Source: Octopus sinensis
Lineage: Eukaryota
Direction: 5' to 3'
Length of the DNA stretch: 64,000 nt
NCBI RefSeq assembly: GCF_006345805.1
Contig: NC_043000.1
Location: 94,984,001-95,048,000, forward strand
The notes under the pieces are model-generated. The model ran no database searches. It was not told the origin of the DNA and was given only the letters and a program-made list of their open reading frames with translations. The translations under genes and the position numbers were made by a program. Of the stretch, positions 13,051 to 26,388 are shown piece by piece (the stretch's first letter is position 1; each line of letters starts with the position of its first letter).

Positions 13051-13134
13051 TGTCAGGAGTAAGATTCGAATCCACACTGGTAAGACCCTACTGCGACCTC
13101 GACGTAGCACCTTAGAACGCTCGGACATCCTGAC
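13051..13134 (-). pseudogene. tRNA-Leu pseudogene (CAG-type scaffold, anticodon now reads GAG)
   Basis: GTCAGGATGTCCGAGCGTTCTAAGGTGCTACGTCGAGGTCGCAGT...GTGGATTCGAATCTTACTCCTGACA follows the metazoan tRNA-Leu layout with a long variable arm. Several stems are mismatched. A T-run lies ~13 nt downstream. Confidence 0.8.
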
Positions 13135-13494
13135 TGCTGCATTATTCATTTTAGTAGTATGGAGTTACGTCAAATTTAATAAACCTTGTTGAAAATAACA
13201 CAGAATTTACAATTTTTAAATGATATTGCCATAAAAACTTTTAAACTCACTACACATTGATAAATTTAGACATGCTAAAAACTAAGACTGGTATTTTAAA
13301 AATATGAGATACTCTAATATACAAGTGGTGTTTGTTCTGGTTTATGTATGTATTCTCATACATATAGTTTCGTGTCTAGACATGATCACATATACTTAAA
13401 TGATAAATTTCTATAAAGTTTTACAGATTTTTACAGTTTCAATGATGACTTGGAGCTGTAGTCTAATGTAGTTTGGGCTTTTTGCACATAAGTA

Positions 13495-14763
13495 CAGAGC
13501 GGGATATAAAGATCTCTCACATTTGGAGGAGGCACCGTGTAGACTTAAGTAGAAGTAGTGAAACGTGACAGGCTTCATTTGGAAAGCTAAGATCTACCAT
13601 TTTTGTATTCATTATTAATTATTCAAAGATCTTCTTTCTGTTTTAGAACCCATCATGAATTGGACCGGAGAACAGCGTGGCTTTGTTGTTCAAGCGTATT
13701 ATGAAAACGACCGATCTGTAATAGCGACGCGGCGAGCGCTCCGTAGACACTTTGCGCTCGGTCGAAATGCATCTGTACCACGCCGAAAAACGATTTTGCT
13801 TGGGATTTCTAACCTTCATGCAACTGAATCCACATTGAAAAGAAAATCTCCTAGCAGTCCAGAAAACCCGGCATCAGCGTCAGCATTAGGAATGTCTATC
13901 CGAAGTTTGAGGAGGATTCTGCATGCTGATTTGAAACTGCAGCCTTACAAAATAATGTTAGTTGAAGAATTAACGGAGACAGATCTATTGTAAAGTTCTA
14001 TGTGTGGATATTCTTGTACAAGTTGCCGCTGCAACTGTTCTTCTGAGTACCGATGGGACTCACTTTCATATCCATGGAAACGTAAATAAGCAGAAGTTTC
14101 GCTAATGGGCTGAACATAATCCTCATGAGCTCCACGAAAAGATGGCTCGTTTAACTGTTTGATGTGCAATTGCCGATTTTGGAGTCGTCGGCCCGTACTT
14201 TTTCGAAGAAGCTGATGATACATTAACGGTTACTTCTGACCGGTACACTGAAATGCTGGAGAACTTTATGCGCCCTTAATTGGACAGGTTGAATACCAAA
14301 CATCTATGGTTTAGACAGGACGGAGCCAGGGCTCACACAGCACGACGTTTGTTTGGAGTGTCGACAGAAATGTTTCCTGGGCATTTGAATTCTTTGAGGG
14401 GTAACGTGAGTGGGTAGGTGGCAAGGTCACCAGATTTAACCCTTGTAACTTTTTCCTTTGGGGATACCTAAAGGAAAACATTTTACGACATCGTCCTCGA
14501 ACTCTTGACGATTTGAAAGAAAGGATTCGTGAGGAAATAAATGCAATACCACCTGTCATGACACGCAGAGTCATTGACAACTTCCAGGAATGACTGCATC
14601 AATGTATTGCCAACAACGGCTGCCATTTGCTTAATATAGTTTTTAAAATGCAGTACAATAAATTGTTTTATATGCACATTTCAGTAAATAAATTTTCTCC
14701 TGGATTGTTGCATTCTCTATTTATATTCATTCACAATGCGAGAGATCTTTATACCTCACCCTA
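13495..14763 (+). mobile_element. Near-full-length Tc1/mariner element of maT/rosa type (DDxD), inactivated
   Basis: TIRs cagagcgggatataaagatctctcacatt and aatgcgagagatctttatacctcaccct, with TA flanks. Transposase remnants: MNWTGEQRGFVV, GPYFFEE, FRQDGARAHT, RSPDL..FFLWGYLK. Confidence 0.85.
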
Positions 14764-15581
14764 TATAGGGAGATATTGTCAGATGTTTTGGATCATAGAA
14801 TGCTTCATCATGGTTGGTCCTAGGTTCAATAATGACACAGAATAGATTTTTAACGTTAAAATGTGTAAGATGTGGGATATACGAGAAGAAAAATCGCTTT
14901 TAATCTGTGTTATTGAAAAACGTTTATGTAGAACATAAAATTTTATGTAGAATGATTCTGCAAAAAGAAAGCAATCTGGTGTTGAAGTATTCGGTTCAAA
15001 ATAGAAGAATGTGTGTTAAGAGAGAAGCAAAAGTATGATTGCGAACGCGGTGAGTGTGCTAGTGTTAGGGGACGATCCTTTTGCTTTTCTCAGCATTTTG
15101 ACAGTAACTGAGGATATTCTGCAATAGGCAAGACTTTGCCGTCCGTTGAGTACCACTGCTCGTGTTACCCAGCTCCTGACTTTTAGAGTCAATTTTCTCT
15201 TCAGACTTGATCTCTTTTTATTGAGCTCCAGATAATTATTTTATTGGGCAGATATGAGTTCTATCATCACTCGAATACCTATGACATGTTCAAATATAAT
15301 TTCATTGTCCGTTATTTTGCTCACGTCATTACTCAATCCGAAAGATTCTGTTTTTGATTCTGAAAATAAACAGTCCTGGAAAACAAACAGCTCTAGTTCA
15401 AACTGAGAAACCAACGTTTTAGGTTCAAATTAAAGATATCAAATGCTATACTACATACATTACATACGATGAATTATACGATCTACTCACGATATACTAT
15501 AACATTCAAACATTTTAGGATATAACATGTAGTAAGGACGTTAGAATACATATGATAAACACAGCAGTATATAACCTCTCA

Positions 15582-15620
<39 letters not shown>

Positions 15621-15854
15621 ATATATATATATATATGATAACGTCACAAGAAATTTGAAAAGCTACACGCGAAACCGGTCTTTCTTTTAAATTATGTCAT
15701 TATAAGAGAAAAAAAATTTTTTTTTTAAATTTTCTAATATTCTTCAGACATATTGAGGCAAATATATATTTTTTTTAACATTTAAGCCTTCTGTAGTTTT
15801 TCACTCTTTACTTTTTTCTATATATTCACCCACGTGCTTTCACAAACCAACTTT

Positions 15855-15911
<57 letters not shown>

Positions 15912-16518
15912 TCGGGGAGAGTACTTGATAATTATAAGCAAACGTTTGGTGGTGTTGATATATATATATATATATCATAAAACATAACATTGACTTACAA
16001 CACGAAAAAAATCATTTACAAACATAACAGGTAGAACGATAGAATTATTCAACCTTTTAACATGGTGTAATATAGTTTTCCATTACTGTAGTCAACTACA
16101 TTGAAAAAAATTCAAGTTACAATATATTAGCAAATGGAATTTGAAGAATTCTGTCAAACTATATTGAAACAAACAAAACAAATTTGTTTTGTTTCTCCAA
16201 TTGTTAAAAATACTTATGATGTTCCTAGAATAACATAAATTTTATTTGATGTTTAAATGAAAATTTGACAAGTGGAAAATGATGGTGATAGATGGTGTTG
16301 GGAAGAAAGTTCTTGTTGAGGATTGCGATGATGACATGAAGGAGTGGAAGAAGAAGGAAGAGGAGGCAGCGAGGGGAAGAAGACGAAGATGGGATACGGC
16401 ATTGACAAAGGGGATAGTAATTGTAATGACTTTATTAATTTTGTTACAAGCGGTGGTTTCCGTTAAGAATGCTTTTGTTGTTGGTTATTGTTGCTGTCAC
16501 AACTGTCTTTAATATGTG

Positions 16519-16732
16519 TTTCTTTATTACCCACAAGGGGCTAAACATATAGAGACAAACGGATTAAGTCGATTACATCGACCCCAGTACGTAACTGGTA
16601 CTTAATTTATCGACCCCGAAAGGATGAAAGGCAAAGTCGACCTCGGCGAATTTGAACTCAGAACGTAACGGCAGACGAAATACGGCTACGCATTTCACCC
16701 GGCGTACTAACGGTTCTGACAGCTCGCCGCCT
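16519..16732 (-). mobile_element. SINE family M
   Basis: Reverse complement of the 6262-6490 unit. Confidence 0.85.
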
Positions 16733-16817
16733 TATCTGCATTTAATATATAATTTAAGTGGAATTTTGTTTGCCGTGATAATCTGCTGGTGATTTCTTGT
16801 TATTGCGGCTGTAATTG

Positions 16818-16849
<32 letters not shown>

Positions 16850-17856
16850 GGTCATCGTTGTCGTCGCCATCGGCGGCGGCGGCGGTATTACTAAGGCTGC
16901 TGCTGCGGCTGCTGGGTAACCACAGATCAAAGTATTGGTTGTGACGTCGGTAGCGAATTTGCTTTGGATGACGACTTATATTAGTTTAGCAACATTTCAG
17001 TAAAACAAACTTGCAAAACCACTGGTCATGGCCTTTCTCTTACCTTTAGTAACCCATGTCAGTTTGTGTAAGTATAAGAGATTTCGTATGATATAACGCT
17101 GTTGACAATTTATCAAATACTGGCTGCTGAGTGGGAGAGAATATTCAATGAATGACAGGACAGGGATTTAACTACAGAAAAGATTTATTGAAGTACGCGC
17201 TGGGGAGTTTACATAGCATTTGCGAAGACAGTTTGTATATAGAAAGATATTTGTCAGAATATAAAATATTACTGACTTGACTTGAATATCATCGGAACGG
17301 AATCTGAATAAGGTTTATCATCTACGACAAAATTAAGGTCTTGCAAATTGTTTTGCAAATCGATCACTGGAAGATAAAAGTAATACAGTAGCACGGTTTT
17401 GTGATTGTCCACCAACGTTTTTAATCGTGTTTCCGTGTTTGTTTAACTTGCTTTGTATTTTTAACATAAACGTACAAAGATCACTTTATATAAGGCATGC
17501 AATAAGTAGATATATGTCTGCTACTGGATCTGTACCTGTGCTGTCTGTTACATATGTATACAGGTTGTGTATGATAGATCGCTCTGAAAGGCTTGCTGAA
17601 GAAAGGCACAATTTGTTAACAGTTGAAAAACAATATGTTATTTTCGTCGTAGAAACGTTCATTTGATCGCTCAACAGATACACATTTTAACAGAGTTGAT
17701 GAAAATTTTCAATGCAGGAGATAAATTATCTGACGCTCAAAACCAATACCTTGATCTCATCAATTCGCTATACGTGTTTAGGCTCCTGCCTCTTCATTGT
17801 AAGATAAAATATACGTGACCTTCTATTTAAAAACTTAGTGAACTATATAAACCTGA

Positions 17857-17903
<47 letters not shown>

Positions 17904-18484
17904 GTGGGGGAGTGTGTGTGTGTGTATGTGTGTGTTTGTGTGTGTGTGGGGGGGGGTGTAAAGCAGCGGAAATCAAAACAATGATGTTTATATTCATAAT
18001 TGACATGTTCCGGCAGACTGATCTCATCTCCGAAGAACAACTCCATATGTGTTGACAACATTCACACCCTTGGGATCATGTAACGGACTCTGATATACCG
18101 GCGTTTCAGCATGATTTTGCTTCCTCAGTCAGAGGCACAACCCGGATCACTGAAGATAAACATTAACAACGGTTCCAATCTAGAGAGTTCAATAGACAAA
18201 ATATTTGCTAATTGACCAGAAAATGAAACCGAAGCTGAAATTGTATTCTTTGAGTATGTACGTATGTACGTATGTACGTACGTAGGGATCGATGGACAGA
18301 TTTACTTGTACAGGTACGCGTGCATTCATGTATGTACGTATGTATCTAGATAAACAATTTTATATTCAATAATAATAATAATAGTAATAATAATAATGAT
18401 AATAATAATAATAATAATAATAACAACAACAACCATATCGAAAAATACCTTAGAAATGAGAACCCAGGTTCGAAATTTCCCCAA

Positions 18485-18530
18485 GACACCTAATGAAGGC
18501 TGGAGGGTATATCAGCTGAAACGTTGTGTT
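18485..18530 (+). ncRNA. Minimal type I hammerhead, family B (G5A-mutated copy), within a short Penelope-type terminal fragment (~18435-18620)
   Basis: GACAC-CUAAUGA-AG-GCUG-gagggtatat-CAGC-U-GAAAC-GUU/GUGUU. Stem I GACAC:GUGUU; stem III is the loopless palindrome AACGUU. Confidence 0.65.
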
Positions 18531-18646
18531 AACAACAAACAAGATAAGGACAAATATCTGTCAAATGTAAATAATGTAAATAATGTACATTATTCCTCAT
18601 CTCTTAAATACAGAACTGTAGTATTACGTGTAGTATTGCATAAGGC

Positions 18647-20050
18647 TTAAAACTTTTCAGCATTAAACTGCATGCTATTCTTCTTAGCCCACTTGTATAT
18701 TTCATCTAACTCATTTTGCAGGTGCATAGCGTCTTCAGGGTTCTGTATCACCCGTGAAACTTTTGTATTATCTGCATAACTTGTGATCGATGCTCTCTGT
18801 GTGACTGAGGGCATATCTGAGAGGGCCATTATGAAAAATAGTGGTCCCAGAACAGTGCATTGCGGAACACCACTCATTATTTGCGTGTCATTGGAGGTGG
18901 CCCCATTGGTTTCTACTGCTTGACTTCTATCTTTCATAAAGCCAAGCAGCCATTCTCCCAATTTCCCGACTCTGCCGAAATCACGCAGCTTATCGACCTC
19001 ATCGAAAGCCTTTGTAAAGTCGAGATATATCATATCCACATTTGAGTGGTTGAGCATTTGTTTCAACAGAGTCATAGTGTTGTAAGAGTCAGACAGCTTC
19101 TTCCTGGTCAGAAACCATGTTGGGTGTCAGACAACAAGTCATTTTCCTTAAGGAATATGATTAGTTTTCTTCTGACTATTCGTTCCACGACTTTGCTGAT
19201 GTGCGAGGTCAAAGAGATAGGTCTGTAGATTTTGGCCTCTGCTCTGCTACCTCCTTTATGGATGGGACGTATTTTCCCTTCCTTCAGCTTGCTCGGAATT
19301 TTGCCAGTTGCAAGGAAGCACTGGAAGAGAGACTGCAATGGTCTTGCTAGGACTCGTTTGCATGATCTTAGGAATGTTGGGAATCTATCAGGGCCAGTAG
19401 CTGAGTTCGTGTTCATCTCATCTATAGCCCTTATTACATCATCTTCTTTTACATTGATGTAATCAATCATCACTGCCTCTGTTTTTATATCCGCAGTGGC
19501 GAAAAAGTCAGCTAGACTTGCAAGTGTCCTGGGAGTGGAATGAAAACACTTTTGAAATGGTCATTGGGTTTCCTGTGAGTGAACCATCTTCTCCGAGGAG
19601 TGGCACTACCTTGCAGTGCACTTAGGCTTTTCTTTGGAAAACTTGTACTAGGCTCTGGGATAAGATTTTATATTGTCTATAGCCCATGCTTCTTTGTCTG
19701 CTCTTTCGTTTTCATGGGAGAGTTGCAAATCCTTTTCAGTCTCCAGCAGTTGTATTTTCAAGTGGATTTGTTTAGGTGATTTGAAATTTTTCTACGCCGT
19801 CACATAAGAGCTTTCCTCTCCTTATGTTCAGTGGCCTTTCTCTCCGGGACACATTTTTGGGATATGGCTTGCATTACAGACATGAATTGTTGAAGTTTCA
19901 TATCGATGTGCAGCGAGGAGAGACATTTAGGCCAGTTTTGTTTGAGGATCTCTTTCTCAATTTGCTTCCAGTTTTCCTTATGAAAGTTCAAACTGGAAAG
20001 ATTTTGAGAGTTTCTTGTAGGCTAGACGTCCCTTTTCTTTTTATTTTGTT
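18647..20050 (-). mobile_element. CR1-like LINE ORF2 fragment (post-endonuclease region and RT), frameshifted
   Basis: SATGPD, YRPISLTSHISKVVE, QHGF, YLDFTKAFD, SGVPQCTVLGPLFF, YADNTK, IYKWAKKNSMQFN. Confidence 0.9.
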
Positions 20051-20051
20051 A

Positions 20052-21259
20052 TTAGTTTGTCAAGAAAGTTCTTGCGGAATTTTAATTTTGCTTTTAAATT
20101 CATTTTCGTTATATTACTTTGACTTTATATAGCCCGTTTATCGCTCTATCTAATCGTGTTACTCTTTTTCTTTTTGAATAATTAGGCCATTTTTTTCTGG
20201 AACGTTGAATACAACATGGACAAAAAGCAAATTCGCACAATTTTCTTATTCCAGTTCAAGCTAGGCCGAAAAGCTGCTGAAAAAGCTGGCGATATCAACG
20301 ATGCTTTTGGCATAGCAACCACCAATGAACGTATAGCGCAATGGCGATTCAAGAAATTTCGTAGCGGTGACGAGAGTCTTCAAGATGATAAGCGTAGTTA
20401 GTCGAAGCCAATCCATGCACAACTGTTCGAGAGCTTGCTTTTGGATTAGACGTAACGTATACAACAATTTCCAACCACTTGAAAGAAATTGGAAAAACAA
20501 AAATACTTGGGAAATGGGTGCCGAACGAATTGAACGACAACCAAAAAGAAAACGCCGTTTTGAAGTGTCGTCTTCCCTTCTTTTACACAACAAGAACGAC
20601 CCGTTTCTCGACCGTATTATGACTTGCGATGAAAAGTGGATTCTTTACGACAACCGGCGACGCTCAACTCAGTGGTTGGACGCTCCACGGCACTTCCCGA
20701 AGCCAAAGTTGCACCAAAAGAAGATCATGGTGACTGCTTGGTGGTCTGCGGCCGGTCTCATCTGTTACGGCTTTTTGGATCCAGGCGAAACCATTACGGC
20801 GGAAAAGTACTGTCATCAAATGGATCAGATACATAAGAAACTCCGACAACACCCAGCATTGGTCAATAGAAAAGGACCAATTCTTCTCTACGACAACGCT
20901 CGGCCGCACATCGCATAACTGACCCAGCAGAAGTTGAACGAATTGGGCTACGAAACTCTGTCTCATCTGCCATACTCACCAGACCTCTCGCCTACCGACA
21001 ACCACTTTTTCAAGCATCTCGACAACTTCCTGCGTGAGAAATATTTCAAAAACGAAGACGATGCCAAACACGCCTTCAACGACTTCATCGCCAACAGAAC
21101 GCGGGATTTTTACGCTACTGGCATAAATACACTTGTTTCGCGTTGGCAAAAGTGCTTTGATTCTGATGTTTATTTCGATTGATAAAGTTTTGTATGAGCC
21201 GATGTGTGTACATCTGAATTTAAAGGTTAAAAACCGCAAGAACTTTCTTGACAACCTAA
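20052..21259 (+). mobile_element. Hsmar1-like mariner (DD34D), TIR to TIR, transposase frameshifted
   Basis: TIRs ttag(t/g)ttgtcaagaaagttcttgcgg with TA flanks. [41 protein letters not shown] and YSPDLSPTD are present. Confidence 0.92.
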
Positions 21260-21349
21260 TATTTTATATTATATCAGTGGTGTTAAGGAGTTTATGTTTC
21301 TACTGTTCTTCTAAGTCTTCATCTTATTCTTGTTATTACTGTTTTTGCT

Positions 21350-21548
21350 AAAGCGGCGAGCTAGCAGGATCGTTAGCACACTAGACAAAATGCTTAGCGG
21401 CAAGTACTTTAATTTTATGTTCTGAGTTCAATGCCGCCGAGGTCGATTTTACGTTTCATTCTTTCGGGGTCGATAAAATAAGTAGCTGTGTAGCACTGGG
21501 GTCGTTGTAATCTACTTATCCCTCCCCTCAAAACCGCTGACCTTGTGA
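21350..21548 (+). mobile_element. SINE family M, degenerate
   Basis: Similar to 6262-6490. Confidence 0.75.
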
Positions 21549-22869
21549 ATTATTACTGTAGTTGTTTTCTTGTGACTGTTGATGTACTGGTTTAGTTCAT
21601 ACTGATTACGTTTTCTTTTTTGTATTCGTGTAGATACTTTTAGGATCAGTACCTCGAAAGTTGATCTCGAATAGTTCGCCTTCAGAGTGGAGCTAAGGCC
21701 TTTCATTTCATTTTCTTTCAGTGCCGCTACCAGCTGTTTCGGGTCTAACGCTTATGACACCTCAGGCAGCGTCATTGAGTACGTTCGTTGAAACGAGAAC
21801 GAAGTGAATTCAACCAATGTGGATGTGGCTTTGTTTGTGTTTCCTTTCTAGTGCAATACAGTCTGCATTGTATTCTAGTGACTTCCCTGTCTTAAAAACC
21901 GTACGATGTTCCATATCTTTTGGTGGCATATTTTCGGCCTGCTTAGATCAGGGAGAAATTCTGTAAAGCTTCTCTTTCAGCTTATATTTTTGGAATAACA
22001 ATCGTATAATGCACACTACTACTCACACTACAATATGAGATAAGTGCCATAGACATTTGAGAACAATTCTAGCGATAGACTTATATTCCAAGAATATCCG
22101 GTTGACATTATGGAAACAGGTGTTATTGATTGACTAAGGCGTACTTGCCATTTACAAAAGGATTAACAATATCTCATGTTGTTTCTTACGTAGATCCAAT
22201 TCAATTTATGTTCGATGTACTAAAAAGGACACGCATATTATTCTTTCTGTTTTCATCGATGTTTCGATTGTAATTATTCCAAGCAAAATTTACTCACCCT
22301 AAAATCAACACCAAATTATATATAATTGGAATGATATTTTTTTACTTCTTTATGGGTAGACTCCATTGATTTAATATTTAAGCGCTTTATCAACACTAGG
22401 AAGCAGCTAATGTGTGTATTATCATTCATGCACAGACATGCACACATATTTGAAAAAATATATATGCATATTTGTGTCTGTGTCTGTCTGTTTGTGTTCC
22501 TGTGTGTCTCTGTATGTATGTTTGTGTGTGCTTATGCATGTGCTCGTATATATGTATGTATGCATGTGTACGCATGTGTGTGTATTTATGTATGCATGTA
22601 TGTATACATTTTCTGTTCTCACGCAGGCAGAGTAATGCTAATAACTACAACTTAGAACTCAGCATACTTATACCATCAGGTGGGTACAGAGCATAATACC
22701 TATTAACGACTAACAAAAGAACACGCGTTACATAATCACATTCTTAAGCTCACAGCTGTTTCTGTTATAAGTTGTCGCACGAGCGCTCAGGACTGAGGGC
22801 AATGCTTTTATAGCCGGAACATTTGTAAGCTGATGAAAGTGATTATACATGAGACCTATTTTTTTTCAT

Positions 22870-22870
22870 A

Positions 22871-22936
<66 letters not shown>

Positions 22937-23017
22937 GAGTAGTAGTAGGAGTAGTAGTAGTAGTAGTAGTGTAGTAGTAGTAGTAGTATGAGGAGGAGGA
23001 GGAGGAGGAGGAGGAGG
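22870..23017. repeat. (TAG)n(GAG)n microsatellite
   Basis: Read directly from the sequence. Confidence 0.98.
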
Positions 23018-23020
23018 AAA

Positions 23021-23218
23021 TCTTCATTATTATTAGCGCTGTCGTTCCTTTCTCGAGCTTGTCAAATACAATTCTGTGAATGTACAAACAGCTTGTTCAT
23101 TTATATAAAACAGATGTTCGGGGATGTTGTTTAGAAGAGAGCATTTTGTTGGCGGGGGTGAGGTTCCATGACAATGGAGATGGCTAGATAGAAATATAGG
23201 TATGTCGATGGGCTGATC

Positions 23219-23284
<66 letters not shown>

Positions 23285-23286
23285 AA

Positions 23287-23318
<32 letters not shown>

Positions 23319-23320
23319 AA

Positions 23321-23353
<33 letters not shown>

Positions 23354-23804
23354 CTGATATGAAGACAGAAAGAGAGAGAGAAGGAGTATCCCCCTTCCTA
23401 TTTACCATTCATTCTTTTATTTATTTATTTATTCCCTTTCCATTGTATTGGAATGGGTTTAAGGATGGTGACTTCTTCCCTGAATAAATAAATGAATCAA
23501 TGGTGAATAGGAAGGAGTATACGTCTTCTGTCTCTCTTTCCCTCCACCTATCTTTCTATCTGTCTGACTATCTATCTATCTCTCTATCTATTTATCCATC
23601 TATCTATCAGCCTATCTACATACCTATATTTCTATTTATCTATCTCCATTGTCATGGAACCTCACCCCAAAATAACAAAAATAATGTTCTCTTCTAAACA
23701 AAATCCAAAAAAAAAACGTGTTTTATATAAATGAACACGCTGTTTACAAAAAATTTGATTTGACAAGTTCGAGAAAGGAACGAAAGTGCTAATAACAATG
23801 AAGA
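23021..23804. repeat. Large diverged inverted repeat (foldback) with a central spacer
   Basis: tcttcattattattagcgctgtcgttcctttctcgagcttgtcaaat (23021) is the reverse complement of atttgacaagttcgagaaaggaacgaaagtgctaataacaatgaaga (to 23804). Matching continues inward through ggggtgaggttccatgacaatggagat and (GATA)n/(TATC)n to ~23410/23498. Confidence 0.9.
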
Positions 23805-23926
23805 AATAAAAAGATTTTTTTTTTACAAAATTCTGACGACTTTTTTTTCTCAATATTCAATTTCTGTACATCGCACCAAACACTAGATATTTTATATATG
23901 AATGTATGTATATGTATATGTATATG

Positions 23927-23960
<34 letters not shown>

Positions 23961-24091
23961 CGTGTGGCAAAGTAATTTATTTTACTAAGCCCTAATTATA
24001 TAATGTAATATTTACATATATATATATATAGATAGATAGGTATATAGATAGATAGATAGATAGATATAGATATGTATATACATATATATAT

Positions 24092-24122
<31 letters not shown>

Positions 24123-24182
24123 TACGTATATATAATATATATGAGCGTATGTATGTATATATATATGTGGTGTGTGTGTGTG

Positions 24183-24227
<45 letters not shown>

Positions 24228-24234
24228 GTATGTA

Positions 24235-24275
<41 letters not shown>

Positions 24276-24363
24276 TGTATGTATATATATATACGTTTAA
24301 ATATTTGTTGTGCAAGATTTTTTATTGGCTAAACTGGCAATATGACCATTCCGAAATATAACA

Positions 24364-24454
<91 letters not shown>

Positions 24455-24578
24455 ATATTCTTATACTTCGACTTCCTTTCTCATCTCTACCTACCTTTTT
24501 CAACCAGGACTAGTTATCACGAACTACCCCTTGCCTTTGTTACCAATATATCCTTCTTATTCTCTCTCTCTCTCTTTA

Positions 24579-24609
<31 letters not shown>

Positions 24610-25247
24610 TTCTCTCTCTGTCCTTTCTCTATTTACTCTTATAACTTTCTACCCACTTCAATATTCTCCCTCTGTCTCCAACCCACCCCTTCATTCTTCG
24701 AATTCCCCTTTCGTCACCCTATAGGTGTCTACAACTAGGTCCCTGCCATTCATTTTAATACTCGTCCTCTCTTTTCTCGCTTTTTCAATGCTATATCGCA
24801 GCCGTACCTAACTAATATCATTTTCAAACCCAGCAACAACGACCACCCTTCAAAATCCTCTCCATCCCACCCTTATCACTCATCTCCCGACTCCCCACTT
24901 CTACCTCTATTTCTTTCAATACACTGGTCACTTACCCCCCTTCCTCTTCCTCTGACTCTCTTATCTCTTTTTCTCCTTACTTGTTTCAACACTCCCCTCA
25001 CACCCCTCGCGCCGCCAACTTCTTCCCTCCACTTGTTTCTGTTGACCTTTCTCTTCATCCATTCTACCTTTAACTTTCACTTCACCCATTCTATCTTTAA
25101 ACTTCCCTGCATTATGATTTGAAATGTTAAAAACCTATCCCTCCACCCTGAAAACGGAAGCTGGGTTTACCTAATGTTTATATGAATACACTACTGCTTG
25201 CATATCCTTGACTTTTTGCGAACTACATCTGCCAACATTATGACGTA

Positions 25248-25907
25248 CCGTATATACTCGTGTAATAGTCGATCTCATGTAAAAGTCGAGCCCCTATTTT
25301 TTAGCCAAAAAATTGAGAATTTTCCATAGACCCCGTATAAAATTCGACTGTAGTATTTCACAAACAACAGGATAACATTTGTGGGTCAAGGTACCGTATT
25401 ATCCTGGACGTAGAAATAACACTGTTACAAAATTGTGTGGCTACTTTACTATAGCCTGTTCTATAGGTGGAATGCTTGGTGCTTATAATGGAATGCACGG
25501 TGCTTATAGTATATCACCATTTGTAATGTGTATGCACAGGATATGCTGCAATAAACACATGCATCATACACTCGCTATTTACATGGTGAGAAACATGTAA
25601 CACTGACAAACGCCACTGTCTAAATTCGTACAAAGGCAAGCCTAAAAACATTAATTTAATCGCTAGACGTTTATATTTTACCAGGACGTGTGTTTTGATG
25701 CATAGAATTGTTTATGTTTCTGTAATTCATTGTGCATTTGTTATCATTCGCTTACAAATCAGTTGGGCTTCTACTGTTGATGCGGTACTTCGAACTCTAG
25801 CTCGAATTTCAGCCCTTCAAAAGTAGCGTACCTGTAATAATCGACCCCGTAAATTTGACCTTAGAAAAATGGTCCAAAAAATTTGACTTTTACCCGAGTA
25901 TATACGT
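25248..25907. mobile_element. pogo/Tigger-like MITE
   Basis: TIRs ccgtatatactcgtgtaatagtcga and ttgacttttacccgagtatatacgt with TA flanks; no ORF. Confidence 0.75.
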
Positions 25908-26091
25908 TAATTTCGAGCCCCCAGAAACAGCTCTCTGACTCTTAAAACCATATCTTCTTCCTCTACTTCTTGTGCCAGTGTACTCAGTGTAAATCTGCTC
26001 TTTTAGTATATGAATATATGAGTGTATGTATATGTATATACATCGTCTGAATATTTTCAGTTTTTGTTTCTCTCTATTTATACGTATATAT

Positions 26092-26388
26092 GTGGAGACA
26101 TATGACCTAGTGGTTAGAGCAGCGAATTCGCGGTCGAGGGATCGCAGGTTCGAATCTCAGACCGGGTGATGTGTGTGTTTATGAGCGAAACACCTTAGCT
26201 CCACGCGGCTCCGGCAGAAGGTAATGGCGAACTTCTGCCACAACTTTCTCTCACTCTTTCCTCCTGCATCTTGCAGCTCACCTGCGACGGACCGGCGTCC
26301 CGTCCAGGTGGGGAACCTATACGGCAAGGAAACCGGGAAACTGGCCCTTATGAGCCAGGCATGGCTCGGTAAGGAACAAACAAAAAAA
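26092..26388 (+). mobile_element. tRNA-derived SINE family V (V-SINE-like domain)
   Basis: tRNA-like head; ctgcgacggaccggcgtcccgtccagg resembles the V-domain; tail gaaaccgggaaactggccc. Confidence 0.8.

Noticed and set aside
15020-15362. Minus-strand frame ending in a hydrophobic tail (GPI-like)
   Set aside because: It has an internal stop, no convincing splice pair and no recognisable homology.
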